Below are positions 1 through 9,285 of a DNA stretch of 64,000 nt, piece by piece (position 1 is the first letter of the stretch; each line of letters starts with the position of its first letter). The stretch is from Chloroflexota bacterium (lineage in GTDB: Bacteria > Chloroflexota > UBA11872): NCBI GenBank assembly GCA_026708035.1, contig JAPOVQ010000006.1, positions 123,554-187,553 of the forward strand, given 5' to 3'. A program made the translations under genes and the position numbers. Under the pieces are notes generated by a model. That model was not told the origin of the DNA and did not search any database. It saw nothing but the letters and a program-made list of their open reading frames with translations.

Positions 1-677
1 ATCTGCGCCACAACGGCACGGACCTTTACCCCACGCTCAAGGCCGCCCAGCGCCCGCCCGCGAGCGAGCGGCTGGACGTGAGCTGGGACCTGATGGAGCT
101 GTACGGCTTCTTCCCCTCACCCGGCGATCGCCATGTCAGCGAGTTCTTCCCCTGGTATTCGCGCCCAGGCGACGACGGCAAGCTGCCGCGCGGGCTGTTC
201 AGCTTCGACATGGACGAGTACTTCGATCGCGGGGCCGAGGTTCAGCAGCGGTTCACGGAGATTGCCGGCGGATCGGCGCCGCTGCCCGACTCGCTGTTCA
301 AGGCCACCAGCGAAAAGGCCGTCAAGCTGATCGCGGCCTTGGCGGCCGGCCGCGGCGGCAGCTACCACGTCAACATTCCCAACGAGGGCGCCGTCAGCAA
401 TCTCGCACCGTGGGCCAACGTCGAGGTGCCGGCCTGGTTCGACGCGAGCGGCATGGCCCGCGAGCCGGTGGGCGCGCTCCCTGAAGCCGTCGCCGGGACG
501 CTGCGTCCCTGGATCGACCAACTGGAACTCCTCGCCGACGCCATCATCCAGCGCGACCGCGAGCTCGCCCTGCTGGCGCTCCTCGCCGACCGCACAATCG
601 TGGACGTTGACGTCGGCCTCGCCATGGGCCGCGAGCTGCTGGACGCCCACGCCGACTACCTGCGCGAGTACCGCTAG
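1..677 (+). CDS. glycoside hydrolase family 4-like protein (NAD/Mn-dependent glucosidase type), C-terminal part; 5' end lies outside window
   Basis: Frame 3 is open from base 3 to the stop at 677. Conserved GH4-like C-terminal segment (HVNIPNEGAVSNL, PWIDQLELLADAII). GC3-rich codon usage. Confidence 0.6.
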   Translation, partial: LRHNGTDLYPTLKAAQRPPASERLDVSWDLMELYGFFPSPGDRHVSEFFPWYSRPGDDGKLPRGLFSFDMDEYFDRGAEVQQRFTEIAGGSAPLPDSLFKATSEKAVKLIAALAAGRGGSYHVNIPNEGAVSNLAPWANVEVPAWFDASGMAREPVGALPEAVAGTLRPWIDQLELLADAIIQRDRELALLALLADRTIVDVDVGLAMGRELLDAHADYLREYR

Positions 678-704
678 GCTTCTAGGAGAGGAGTCCTTCG
701 TCAA

Positions 705-737
705 CTACCGTCATTCCGGCGGAAGTCGGAATCCAGT
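705..737. repeat. short palindromic repeat, family E (CGTCATTCCGGCGGAAGTCGGAATCCAG-like)
   Basis: Inverted repeat TCCGGCGGA/.../CGGAATCC. Reverse-complement copy at 63333-63361; related pieces at 21396-21412, 61760-61775, 63226-63250. Confidence 0.6.
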
Positions 738-768
738 CCGGGCGAACCTGGGGCGCGCTGAGGACTAG

Positions 769-798
769 ATGTAGGGGCGGGTCTCAGACCCGCCCGTC
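769..798. repeat. short palindromic repeat, family C (GTAGGGGCGGGT-loop-ACCCGCCC)
   Basis: Hairpin GGGCGGGTCTCAGACCCGCCC. Further copies at 54912-54936, 55058-55086, 60287-60310, 60338-60363. Confidence 0.65.
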
Positions 799-836
799 AG
801 TGGTGCTGGCAGAATTCTCGACAAGGAGATCACCCA

Positions 837-1211
837 ATGCCATTCGTCGACCCAACAACCGCCAATAACCTGACGCACGACGCCATCGCCGCCATCAAGC
901 AGCGCAACGGCTCGGGCACCTGGCGCGAACGCATCAGCGCCACTACCGAGCACCGCAGCGTGCTGCTGCACTGGCCGCCGGGAACCGCCCAGGCCGCGCA
1001 CTACCACCCCGACTGCGAAGAGGTCTTCGTCGTGCACGAGGGCTGCGCCGAGTTCACCTTCGACGACGAGCCGCCGCTCGAGGCGAGCCCCGGTTCGGTG
1101 CTCTACGCCCCCCGCGGCTACCGGCATTCGCTCCGCGTCGTCGGCGACGCCCCGCTGCTGATGATGTGCTTCCTCGCGCCCAACCTCCCGGACGACGAGG
1201 TTTCGGCCTGA
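837..1211 (+). CDS. cupin domain protein
   Basis: 124 aa with a cupin-type two-His/Glu motif region (HYHPDCEEVFVVHEG ... YAPRGYRHS). Hairpin-containing repeat just upstream; plausible RBS GGAG before ATG. Confidence 0.65.
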   Translation: MPFVDPTTANNLTHDAIAAIKQRNGSGTWRERISATTEHRSVLLHWPPGTAQAAHYHPDCEEVFVVHEGCAEFTFDDEPPLEASPGSVLYAPRGYRHSLRVVGDAPLLMMCFLAPNLPDDEVSA

Positions 1212-1244
1212 GTCGACCAGCCGGCGGAACCTAGTCGTCCGCCC

Positions 1245-2276
1245 TCAGCGAGCCAACTCCAAACGCGGGTCGCGGTGGGCGTCGGGGCGCAGCTCGGATA
1301 GGCGGATCAGGCCGCGGTGCCAGGGGTATCCGCGCGGCACGCGCTCGGCGTTGATCGCCGGGCTCGTCCAGAAGTACTGGACCACCGCGTCTTCCGGCGC
1401 CGTATAGGTCTTGATGTGGTTGCCGGCCAGGTCTTCAAGCACGCCCACCCGCTGGCCCTTGCTCACCTTCTGACCGATGCTGACTTCCGACTGCCAATAG
1501 CCGCTCTCCAGCGATTCCATGCTCCACCGCCGAGGACCGAGGATCGCCTGCGGCGGAACCTCCACGGGCTCGCCGTCGATCATGTCGAAGCGCTTCAGGG
1601 CATTCGCTAGCGACTGGTACTGAAGCTCGATCTCCGCCGGATCCTGGACGCCGTTCTGACCGATCTCCGTCCAGACGTTCGCGACGCCCTCGCGCAGCAG
1701 CGTGAACGGCAACCCCTGGTCCAATTCGGAGAACTTGTCCTGGATGTCGGCCTGGCGCGGGTCCAGGTAGGGCACCGGCATGGAACCGGCCAGCCGCCAG
1801 GTGTCCCGCCGCAGGCGCTCGTTCGTCGTCGGGTCGGCGAACGCCACCCACGGGTCCAGCGCCTGCACGTATTCGCCCGCGTGCATGTCGACGTGAAAAT
1901 CGAGGTCGCGCAGCAGATTGAAGACGCAGTCGATCTGGAATTCGGAGTAGTTCCCCTCGGGCCGGCCCGCCGGCTGGAAATGCAGCTCGCGCTCGTCGAC
2001 CGGGGATAGCTGCGTCGACCGGGCGAAGAACGCCCGCGTGCTCATGATGGGGATGATGCGGACCTCGCCGCGCAGCGTCGCCGGATCGAGCTCGCGCCAG
2101 AGACGAATCGCGGCGCGCATGCCCGCAAACTCGCCCGAGTGCATGCCGGATGAGATGCCGAACTTGGGGCCCGACCGCGCCCCGACGACCGTGCCTACGG
2201 GGATCTCCAACTCCTCGCCCGAATGGTGGACATACCGCTCGACCCGAGCAGTCTTGGACCCGCCGCGAGCGCTCAT
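1245..2276 (-). CDS. succinylglutamate desuccinylase/aspartoacylase (AstE/AspA) family zinc amidohydrolase
   Basis: M14-like HxxE motif (GMHSGEFAG) and downstream His (FHVDMHAGEY). Start ATG at 2276 overlaps the upstream gene's stop in an ATGA junction. Confidence 0.75.
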   Translation of the reverse strand: MSARGGSKTARVERYVHHSGEELEIPVGTVVGARSGPKFGISSGMHSGEFAGMRAAIRLWRELDPATLRGEVRIIPIMSTRAFFARSTQLSPVDERELHFQPAGRPEGNYSEFQIDCVFNLLRDLDFHVDMHAGEYVQALDPWVAFADPTTNERLRRDTWRLAGSMPVPYLDPRQADIQDKFSELDQGLPFTLLREGVANVWTEIGQNGVQDPAEIELQYQSLANALKRFDMIDGEPVEVPPQAILGPRRWSMESLESGYWQSEVSIGQKVSKGQRVGVLEDLAGNHIKTYTAPEDAVVQYFWTSPAINAERVPRGYPWHRGLIRLSELRPDAHRDPRLELAR

Positions 2277-3562
2277 GCCGCCTCCCACCCGCACCAGTCG
2301 AGGACGAAGGCAATCGCCGTCTTCGTCACCGGGGCCAGATCGTTCAAGTCGAAGAACTCATCCACCGAGTGCGCCCCGCCGCCGCTGCCGGGACCAAAGA
2401 GGCAGCCCGGCGTTGGCCGTCGCAGGCTGTGCTGGTGCAGGTCGCAGAAGCCGGTGATCGCCACCGGCCCGAGCGGCTGCCCCGTGGTGATCTGATGCGC
2501 CTCGGCCAGATGCTTCACCACGGCGTTGTCGTCCCCCATGTCCAGCGGCTCCAACGCCAGACCTTGGAACGTGACCTGCGGCGGATGATCCCGCAGCCAT
2601 TCGTCCTGCGCGGCGGCCTGGGCCACGGTCGCCTCGATCTCCGCCCGCGCGTCGGCCACGGTCTCGGGCGGCATGAAGCCCAACGCCGCGTCCAGCACGC
2701 AGCGAGCGGCAACCGTGCCGACCCACTCACCGCCGGCGATGCCGTAGACGTTGAAGTGAATTGGTTGGTCGGTGCCGGCCCAGCGCGGCGGGATGCTCTC
2801 GTTCTTCTTCGCCTCGAGCTCGCGCAGCGCCCGGATCACCACCCACGCTTTCTCGATGGCGTTCACACCGTGGGTGGCCGAGATGTACGGCACCGGCTTG
2901 CCGTGGATCGTGACGCGGAAGGCCACGTGACCGGGGTGGGCCACGATCGCTCGACCCAGTCCGGTGCCGTCCAGCATCAGCACGCCGTCGGCCTCGTATC
3001 CCGCCGCGACCAGCGCCAGCGAACCGTTGCCGGAACACTCCTCGTCGATGGTGGTCTCGAGAATGAGGTCGCCCTTCAGACGCAGGCCCGCGTCCTGCAG
3101 CGCCTGCACCACGAACAACATCTCGCAGCAGCCGGCCTTGTCGTCCTGGGCGCCGCGCGCATAGAGGCGATTGCCGTCGATTTCGCCGCCCCAGGGGTCG
3201 CGGCTCCACAGCTCCACCGGCTCCGGGGAGGTGGTGTCCACGTGCGCGTTGAGGATCAGCGACCGCCCGCCGCCGGCACCGGGCCAGCGGCCCGCCACGT
3301 TCGGCCGGTTCTCATAGGACCAGTCGGTGGAGCTCCAGGTGGGATAGCGGGCCAGCGCGTCGGGGTCGCATTCGATCATCTCCACGTCCAGCCCGAGGTC
3401 TCGCATGCGGCGCGCCATCCACTGCTGCGCCGCCAGCTCCTCCCCGCGCGGGCTGGGAATGCGCACAAACTGCTGGAGGCTGGCGACGTGTTCGTCATGG
3501 CGCCGGTCGAAGGCCTCCCAGGCCGCCGCCCGCGCGGCGACGAGGTCAAGCGTCGCGGTCAT
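2273..3562 (-). CDS. M20 family metallopeptidase/amidohydrolase (ArgE/DapE/ACY1-like)
   Basis: M20 signatures in translation (NAHVDT, GAQDDK, ETTIDEECSGNGS, dimerisation-domain region). Start chosen at ATG 3562 (MTATLDL...), preceded by GGAGG. An in-frame upstream ATG at 3631 is also possible. Confidence 0.8.
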   Translation of the reverse strand: MTATLDLVAARAAAWEAFDRRHDEHVASLQQFVRIPSPRGEELAAQQWMARRMRDLGLDVEMIECDPDALARYPTWSSTDWSYENRPNVAGRWPGAGGGRSLILNAHVDTTSPEPVELWSRDPWGGEIDGNRLYARGAQDDKAGCCEMLFVVQALQDAGLRLKGDLILETTIDEECSGNGSLALVAAGYEADGVLMLDGTGLGRAIVAHPGHVAFRVTIHGKPVPYISATHGVNAIEKAWVVIRALRELEAKKNESIPPRWAGTDQPIHFNVYGIAGGEWVGTVAARCVLDAALGFMPPETVADARAEIEATVAQAAAQDEWLRDHPPQVTFQGLALEPLDMGDDNAVVKHLAEAHQITTGQPLGPVAITGFCDLHQHSLRRPTPGCLFGPGSGGGAHSVDEFFDLNDLAPVTKTAIAFVLDWCGWEAA

Positions 3563-4532
3563 CTCGACCTGCCTCCGCCACCGTGACCGTGCGCGCGAAC
3601 CATGGATCGCCGTCAGGGTCGGGCTCGACATTGACGGCCATGCTGGTGGTAACCGCTAGGACCGCGCCGTCGAATGGCGCGGTCACCTCTTGGACTGGCT
3701 CGCCGAAGTAATCCCAGATTTGACCAAGCGTTTCACCGGCGGCTACTTTCGCCCCCGGACTGGTTGCCGGCACCCATAGCCCCGGGGAGTCGACCACGTG
3801 GCTCCAGATCTCCGGACCGACGACACGCAGCGGCACCGCGCGGTCCGTCACGACTCCGTCGATCACATCCAGGGCATCCAGCACGCGCAGCAGGTCGTCC
3901 AATAGGACCTGGGCGTCGCCGACGACGTCGCTTACGCCGCCGCCGCCCGTAACGATGAGCGCCGCGCGGCCTCGAGTCGCCATGTGACCGGCGGCACCCA
4001 ATTCGATTGCCGTCGGGTCATTCGGATCCACGGCAACGCGCATCTCGACTCCGGAAGCCACGGCCAGGGCCAGGGACTCGAACTGCGAAGCCGCTGGCGG
4101 AACGGCGGCCCAGTGGGCGTGCAGCTCGGTCAGCTCGCCGCCGCGAACGTCGATGTGAACGTCGGCGTCCGCCAGGGCTTCGGTCACGGCCTGGGCGATA
4201 CGGTCGCTCGCCGACGGCTTCCCCGCTCTCTCGGCGGCGGCGAAAGCCCCGGCCACTGCGCGGCCATCCAGCGGGCAGAAACGGGCGGCCCGTCCATAGA
4301 ACCCCGTCACATCCACAACCGGCACGATGCGCACGCGTCCCCTGGTCAGAAGCCCAGGCAAGCGCTTGGCCAACATGCGGCACGCCGAGATGCCCGGATA
4401 CGCCGTGCCGGCAAGGCCGCCGACGATGTTGATCAACGGCCCCGGCGTCGCGGCGGAGATTTCGGTCAGCGGGATTTCGGCCGAGGGATGCCCAGGCACG
4501 ACAATCGCCCGAACTTCTCGCTCAGCCGTCAT
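3546..4532 (-). CDS. AstE/AspA family paralog, probably lacking canonical zinc ligands
   Basis: Collinear with the 1245-2276 product, but the HxxE position reads GLAGTAYPG and the second His region reads DVRGG. Coding-like GC3 bias. First gene of the three-gene minus-strand unit. Confidence 0.6.
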   Translation of the reverse strand: MTAEREVRAIVVPGHPSAEIPLTEISAATPGPLINIVGGLAGTAYPGISACRMLAKRLPGLLTRGRVRIVPVVDVTGFYGRAARFCPLDGRAVAGAFAAAERAGKPSASDRIAQAVTEALADADVHIDVRGGELTELHAHWAAVPPAASQFESLALAVASGVEMRVAVDPNDPTAIELGAAGHMATRGRAALIVTGGGGVSDVVGDAQVLLDDLLRVLDALDVIDGVVTDRAVPLRVVGPEIWSHVVDSPGLWVPATSPGAKVAAGETLGQIWDYFGEPVQEVTAPFDGAVLAVTTSMAVNVEPDPDGDPWFARTVTVAEAGRDDRDA

Positions 4533-4864
4533 GCGTCAACCACCTGGCGCTGGCCCTTGCGATCAGACGATTTTGAGCGGCACGCATCGCATGCGTTGTC
4601 CGGTCGGCAATGCCGGAGCATGAAGATCCCAACAGGATTGCAGCGCCGGAGTTTAGCATTCTGACAATATGGGTGATTGTGATCTACGGACCGGAGACCG
4701 ATAGAGTCGCCAATCAATTCCGGACTGCTTCCAATCACTTCACACGAATCTAAATTGTGCTTTATAAGTATATTCACCCCAACGTTTCTCTTGATATTCA
4801 AGCCGAATCTGACCACATGCTATCATTTACACCACCATTGCATTGATGCGTATCGGATCATTAC
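4533..4864. promoter_or_regulatory. AT-rich divergent intergenic region (putative bidirectional promoter region)
   Basis: Sharp local GC drop between divergently oriented genes (4532 minus, 4865 plus). Several TTGaca/TAtaaT-like hexamers are present, but none can be assigned confidently. Confidence 0.35.
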
Positions 4865-5635
4865 ATGGTCACCCCACGGCTTGCGGGCAAGATAGCCATC
4901 GTCACCGGCGCGGCGTCCGGCATCGGACGCGCCAGCGCCATTCGCTTCGCCCGCGAAGGCGCCAACGTAGTGATCGCCGATATCAACACAGCCGGAGGCG
5001 AGCGGACCGTCGAATTGATCGATCAAGAAGGCGGCGAAGCGTCGTTCATCCATTGCGACGTTTCCGACACCGAAAACGTGCAGGCACTCGTCGAGGAGAC
5101 TCTCGCCACCCACGGCCGCATCGACATCCTCTTCGCCAACGCCGCCTACCTGGACGAGCTCTTCGGCGTGGCCGAGACCTCGGAGGAGGTCTGGGACCGG
5201 CACATCGGCGTCACCCTCACCGGCGTCTACCTGTGCTGCAAGTACGTCATTCCACACATGATTCAAGCCGGCGGCGGATCGATCCTCGCAACCTCATCGG
5301 TCGGCGGCTCGGTCGCCTTCGATCGTCAGTCGGCCTACTGCACCGCCAAGGCGGGCGTTGAGATGCTGATGAAGACCATCGCGCGGGACTACGGCCGCGC
5401 CGGCATCCGGGCCAACGCCCTCGCGCCCGGCGCCGTATATACGCCGGTGATGGAGGACGTAAAGCGCCGCAATCCCGACGGCTGGGACCAGGTGCTGCGC
5501 GACATGAGCCTGATGGAGCGCCTCTGGGCCGAGCCCGAGGACATCGCGGCCGCCGCCGCCTACCTCGTCAGCGACGAAGCGGCCTTCGTCACGGGCACCG
5601 TGCTCACCGTCGACGGCGGCTGGACGGCCCACTAG
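4865..5635 (+). CDS. SDR family NAD(P)-dependent oxidoreductase
   Basis: [10 protein letters not shown] Rossmann motif, NAA, and catalytic YCTAK (YxxxK) in a 256-aa translation. Confidence 0.9.
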   Translation: MVTPRLAGKIAIVTGAASGIGRASAIRFAREGANVVIADINTAGGERTVELIDQEGGEASFIHCDVSDTENVQALVEETLATHGRIDILFANAAYLDELFGVAETSEEVWDRHIGVTLTGVYLCCKYVIPHMIQAGGGSILATSSVGGSVAFDRQSAYCTAKAGVEMLMKTIARDYGRAGIRANALAPGAVYTPVMEDVKRRNPDGWDQVLRDMSLMERLWAEPEDIAAAAAYLVSDEAAFVTGTVLTVDGGWTAH

Positions 5636-5658
5636 CCCTGGATCCGTCCGGTCGACCA

Positions 5659-6621
5659 CTACGCCCGCTCGAGGAACACCTGGATAACCCGTCCATCGGT
5701 GCGAATCATGACGGCGCCGGCAAGGTCGGTGCGAAAGACCTCCGCGCCACGCGCACGGAGTCGACGCAGAGCGCCATCCCGCGGGTGGTCGAAGGCGTTG
5801 TAGCGTCCGGCTGACACCACCGCGATCTGAGGGCCGACGGCCTCCAGGAATGCAGCGGTGGACGAGCTATTGGAGCCGTGGTGCGGCACTTTGAGCACGT
5901 CGGCAGGCTGCAGGAGCCCGGACTCCAGGAGTTCCTGCTCCGCAGACGCTTCGATGTCGCCCGTCAAGAGCATCGCCGATGTCCGATAGGCCAGATGCAG
6001 CACGACCGACCGGTCGTTGTCGGCGTCCGGACCCGGTTCCGGCGGGTTGAGCACCGACAGGTCCACCCGTGGGTGCCATGCCAGCGCGTCGCCCCGCTTC
6101 ACCGGCTGAACCACCACGCCGGCGTCACGGGCCAGGTCGATCACCTCGCGCATCACCGGATGGCTCAGATCATCATCGGCGTGCACCACGGTCCCGACGG
6201 CGAACTCGCGCATGACCGTCGGCGCGCCGCCAATATGGTCTCCGTCGGCATGCGTCAGTATTAGGTAGTCGAGGCGCTCCACGCCCAGTCGCCGCAGCCG
6301 CGGCACGATCGCCGCGCCGGCGGTCCGCGCATCGGGTCCCGCGTCGACCAGCATGGTCGCGTCGTCCAGCCGCATGAGTAGGGCGTCGCCCTGACCGACA
6401 TCCAGTGCGCGCAGCTCGAGCTCGCCGCCCACGAGCGGCGGCAGCGCGCCCGAGTCCGGACGCGCCCGGATCACGCTGGCGACCACGATGAGCAGCGCCG
6501 CCAGCAATAGGAGCGCCGCCAGGCGGGGTCTCACCGCCGGACCGACGGGCGGCAATCCTGCCTGTCGCAGGCGCCGACCAATGGCGTCAATCCAGGCGGC
6601 GAAGAGCGCGATCAGTGGCAC
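5659..6621 (-). CDS. MBL-fold metallo-hydrolase, ComEC/Rec2-type beta-lactamase domain with N-terminal TM segment
   Basis: LDVGQGDA, THADGDHIGG and VPHHGS motifs typical of the ComEC C-terminal MBL domain. Single hydrophobic helix near the N-terminus. Confidence 0.7.
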   Translation of the reverse strand: MPLIALFAAWIDAIGRRLRQAGLPPVGPAVRPRLAALLLLAALLIVVASVIRARPDSGALPPLVGGELELRALDVGQGDALLMRLDDATMLVDAGPDARTAGAAIVPRLRRLGVERLDYLILTHADGDHIGGAPTVMREFAVGTVVHADDDLSHPVMREVIDLARDAGVVVQPVKRGDALAWHPRVDLSVLNPPEPGPDADNDRSVVLHLAYRTSAMLLTGDIEASAEQELLESGLLQPADVLKVPHHGSNSSSTAAFLEAVGPQIAVVSAGRYNAFDHPRDGALRRLRARGAEVFRTDLAGAVMIRTDGRVIQVFLERA

Positions 6622-6742
6622 GAGCGAAGGCGTTGCGGGCCCGGTCCCGCTGCTACCGGATCAGGACGCGCTATTTGTGAGGCCGCGCCGCCGCGCAGGA
6701 CGCCGCCGGCCACGTGCCGGGACAGAGATCGGCGGCAGACGG

Positions 6743-8022
6743 TCAGAGCGGGCGGACGTGCCCATCGCCGCGCACGACCCATTTGTACGTGGTCAGCTCG
6801 CGCAGGCCCATCGGCCCCCGGGCGTGCAGCTTCTGGGTGCTGATGCCCACCTCGGCGCCGAGTCCGAACTCGCCGCCGTCCGTGAACTGGGTGGACGCGT
6901 TCACGTACACCGCCGCCGCGTCGACCTCGTCGAGGAAGCGCTCGGCATTGGTGAGCGAGCGGGTCACGATCGCCTCCGAGTGGCCCGATCCGTGCGTCTG
7001 GATGTGGTCCAGCGCCTCATCGATGCCGTCCACGACGACCACCGACATGCGCAGGTCTTGCCATTCGGTGTCCAGGTCATCGCCCGTTAGGTTCACAACC
7101 CGGGCAAGGCCGTCCAGGAGCGGCAGCGCCTCGGCGTCAGCGTGCATCTCCACGTCCTTGTCCGCCAGGGCCTGCCCCACGGTCGGCACGAACTCCGACG
7201 CCACCGATCGATCGACCAGCAGGGTGTCGAGGGCGTTGCAGATCGACGGCCGCCGGGTCTTGGCGTTCACCACGATGCGCTCGGCCGCCGCCAGATCGGC
7301 GCCTGCGTCCACATAGGTGTGGCACACGCCCCAGCCGGTTTCGATCACCGGCACCGAAGCCGTCTTGGTCACGAATTCGATCAGCCCTTGGCCGCCGCGA
7401 GGCACCACGACATCCACGCCATGGCGCGCCTGCAACAGCTCGCGCACCAGGTCCCGGTCGGGATTGGTGATGGCCTGAATCGCGTCGGCCGGCACGCCGG
7501 CCGCCTGCAGCGCCTCGCGCGCCAGCCGAACCAGCGCGCCGGTGCTGTGCTGGGACTCGCTGCCGCCGCGCAGAATCACCGCGTTGCCGGACTTGAGGCC
7601 CAAGGCCGAGATATCGATGGCCACGTTGGGGCGCGACTCGAAGACTGCCCCGATCACCCCCAGCGGCACGCGACGTCGGGCCACCTCCAGGCCGTTGGGC
7701 AACCGACGCGCGTCGACCGACTCGCCCACCGGGTCGGGGAGACCGATCACCGTGCCGAGCGCGTCCGCGATCCCGTCGATCCGCGCCGGTGTAAGCGTGA
7801 GACGGTCGATATAGGCGTCCTCACGACCCGCGGCACGCGCTTGCGCCACGTCCCGCGCGTTTGCCGCCAGCACATCGGTCTGCTCGGCTCGGAGCGCCGC
7901 GGCCATCGCCTCGAGCGCCTGGTTCTTGGCGTCGGCGTCCAGCTTGGCGACTTCACGCGCGGCGCGGCGCGCCGCCGCGACCAGATCGGGAACGCTCGGC
8001 CGAACGGCGGTTGGCGCGTCAA
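6743..8022 (-). CDS. proA: gamma-glutamyl phosphate reductase
   Basis: Strong ProA-like translation throughout. First ATG is at 7906, but the ProA-like reading frame (…EEVVINAAIDAP…) stays open upstream to a TAA. The true start is probably a non-ATG codon between 7906 and 8022. Confidence 0.8.
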
Positions 8023-8049
8023 TTGCGGCGTTGATGACGACCTCCTCGG

Positions 8050-9162
8050 TCAGGCGTGGGCACTGTCGAGCAAGACCAGGTTATTGCGATGCACGGCTTC
8101 CGCCCCGTGGTCGTAATCGAGGATCGACGCAATCAAGTGTGACGGCCGACCCAAGATCCGCACCAAGTCGTGCGAGGCATAGTTTACGAGTCCGCGGGCG
8201 AAGACTCGTTCATCGGGCCCGGCCACCGCCACCACGTCACCCCGGATGAAGTCGCCATCCACGGCGCAGATGCCGGCGGGAAGCAGGCTCCGCCCAGCAT
8301 CGGTGAGCGCTTCCTTGGCGCCTCCGTCGACGCGCAGGGTGCCGCGCTCGGTGGCCGCGGAGCTGAGCCAGCGGGCTCGGCTGGTGCGGGTCACTGGTCG
8401 CGGCGCAAATCGCGTGCCGATGCGCTCGCCGGCAGCGATGCGCGAAAGGACGTCGGGCTCGTTGCCGCTGGCGACGACGACCTCGATACCGTCGAAGCTA
8501 GCGCTGCGAGCCGCCTCGACCTTCGATCGGACGCCTCCCGAGCCGCCGGCGCCGGCCGCTCCCGCGGCGCTGGCCAACAACTCGTCCGTTATCGCATGTC
8601 CGTCCCGAATCAGCTCCGCGTCCGGATGGCGACGAGGATCCCCGGTATAGAGACCGTCGGTTGCCGTGAGCAGGATCAGCAGATCGGCGTCAACCAGCTG
8701 CGCAATCAGGGCCGACAGCGGGTCGTTGTCGCCAAACCGCAGCTCCTCCGTCGCAACCACGTCGTTCTCGTTGGCGATCGGCAACACGCCCTGATCCAGC
8801 AAGCCGGTGAGGGCGTTGCGCGCGTTGAGAAACCCGTCGCGCGTGGTCAGGTCGGCGCGGGACATCAACGTCTGCGCCACGGTGATGTCGTGCGCCGCGA
8901 ACACCGTGCCGTAGCGGGCGATGAGCGGCGCCTGTCCCACGGCGGCCAGGACCTGGCGCGTGGTGAGCTGATTGCCTTGCAGGTGGAGCCTGGCGCGTCC
9001 TGCCGCCACCGCCCCTGAGGACACGAGCACCACCTCGGCGCCACCCCGCATGAGCGAGGAAATCTGCGCCGCGATCTGCTCGATGTAGGGCTCGTTGAGG
9101 CCGGCAGGCGTCGTGAGCAGCTGCGTGCCGCACTTGACGACGATGCGCTTTCGACCAGACAT
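8050..9162 (-). CDS. proB: glutamate 5-kinase with C-terminal PUA domain
   Basis: MSGRKRIVVKCGT... amino-acid kinase fold followed by a PUA-like C-terminus. ATG at 9162. ORF-track start at 9336 is an upstream in-frame extension. Confidence 0.85.
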   Translation of the reverse strand: MSGRKRIVVKCGTQLLTTPAGLNEPYIEQIAAQISSLMRGGAEVVLVSSGAVAAGRARLHLQGNQLTTRQVLAAVGQAPLIARYGTVFAAHDITVAQTLMSRADLTTRDGFLNARNALTGLLDQGVLPIANENDVVATEELRFGDNDPLSALIAQLVDADLLILLTATDGLYTGDPRRHPDAELIRDGHAITDELLASAAGAAGAGGSGGVRSKVEAARSASFDGIEVVVASGNEPDVLSRIAAGERIGTRFAPRPVTRTSRARWLSSAATERGTLRVDGGAKEALTDAGRSLLPAGICAVDGDFIRGDVVAVAGPDERVFARGLVNYASHDLVRILGRPSHLIASILDYDHGAEAVHRNNLVLLDSAHA

Positions 9163-9285
9163 GGTGACCGGGGCTCCAGATCCGCCGTGCCGCTCGGGTG
9201 CGTGATTGTAGGGACTCGCCGATATAATGGCGCTCCCCCGCGCCGCGCGCCTTGTGGCGTGCCCAGCCCGAAGGAACTCACGGCC

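Noticed and set aside
9187-9285. Upstream in-frame extension of the EF-G-like gene (ORF track start 9187)
   Set aside because: The conserved G1 motif begins four residues after the ATG at 9286 (MDRDNSDTIRNVVFVAHSGAGKT), and that ATG has a good GAAGGA RBS. The extension encodes Pro/Arg-rich sequence typical of out-of-gene read-through.
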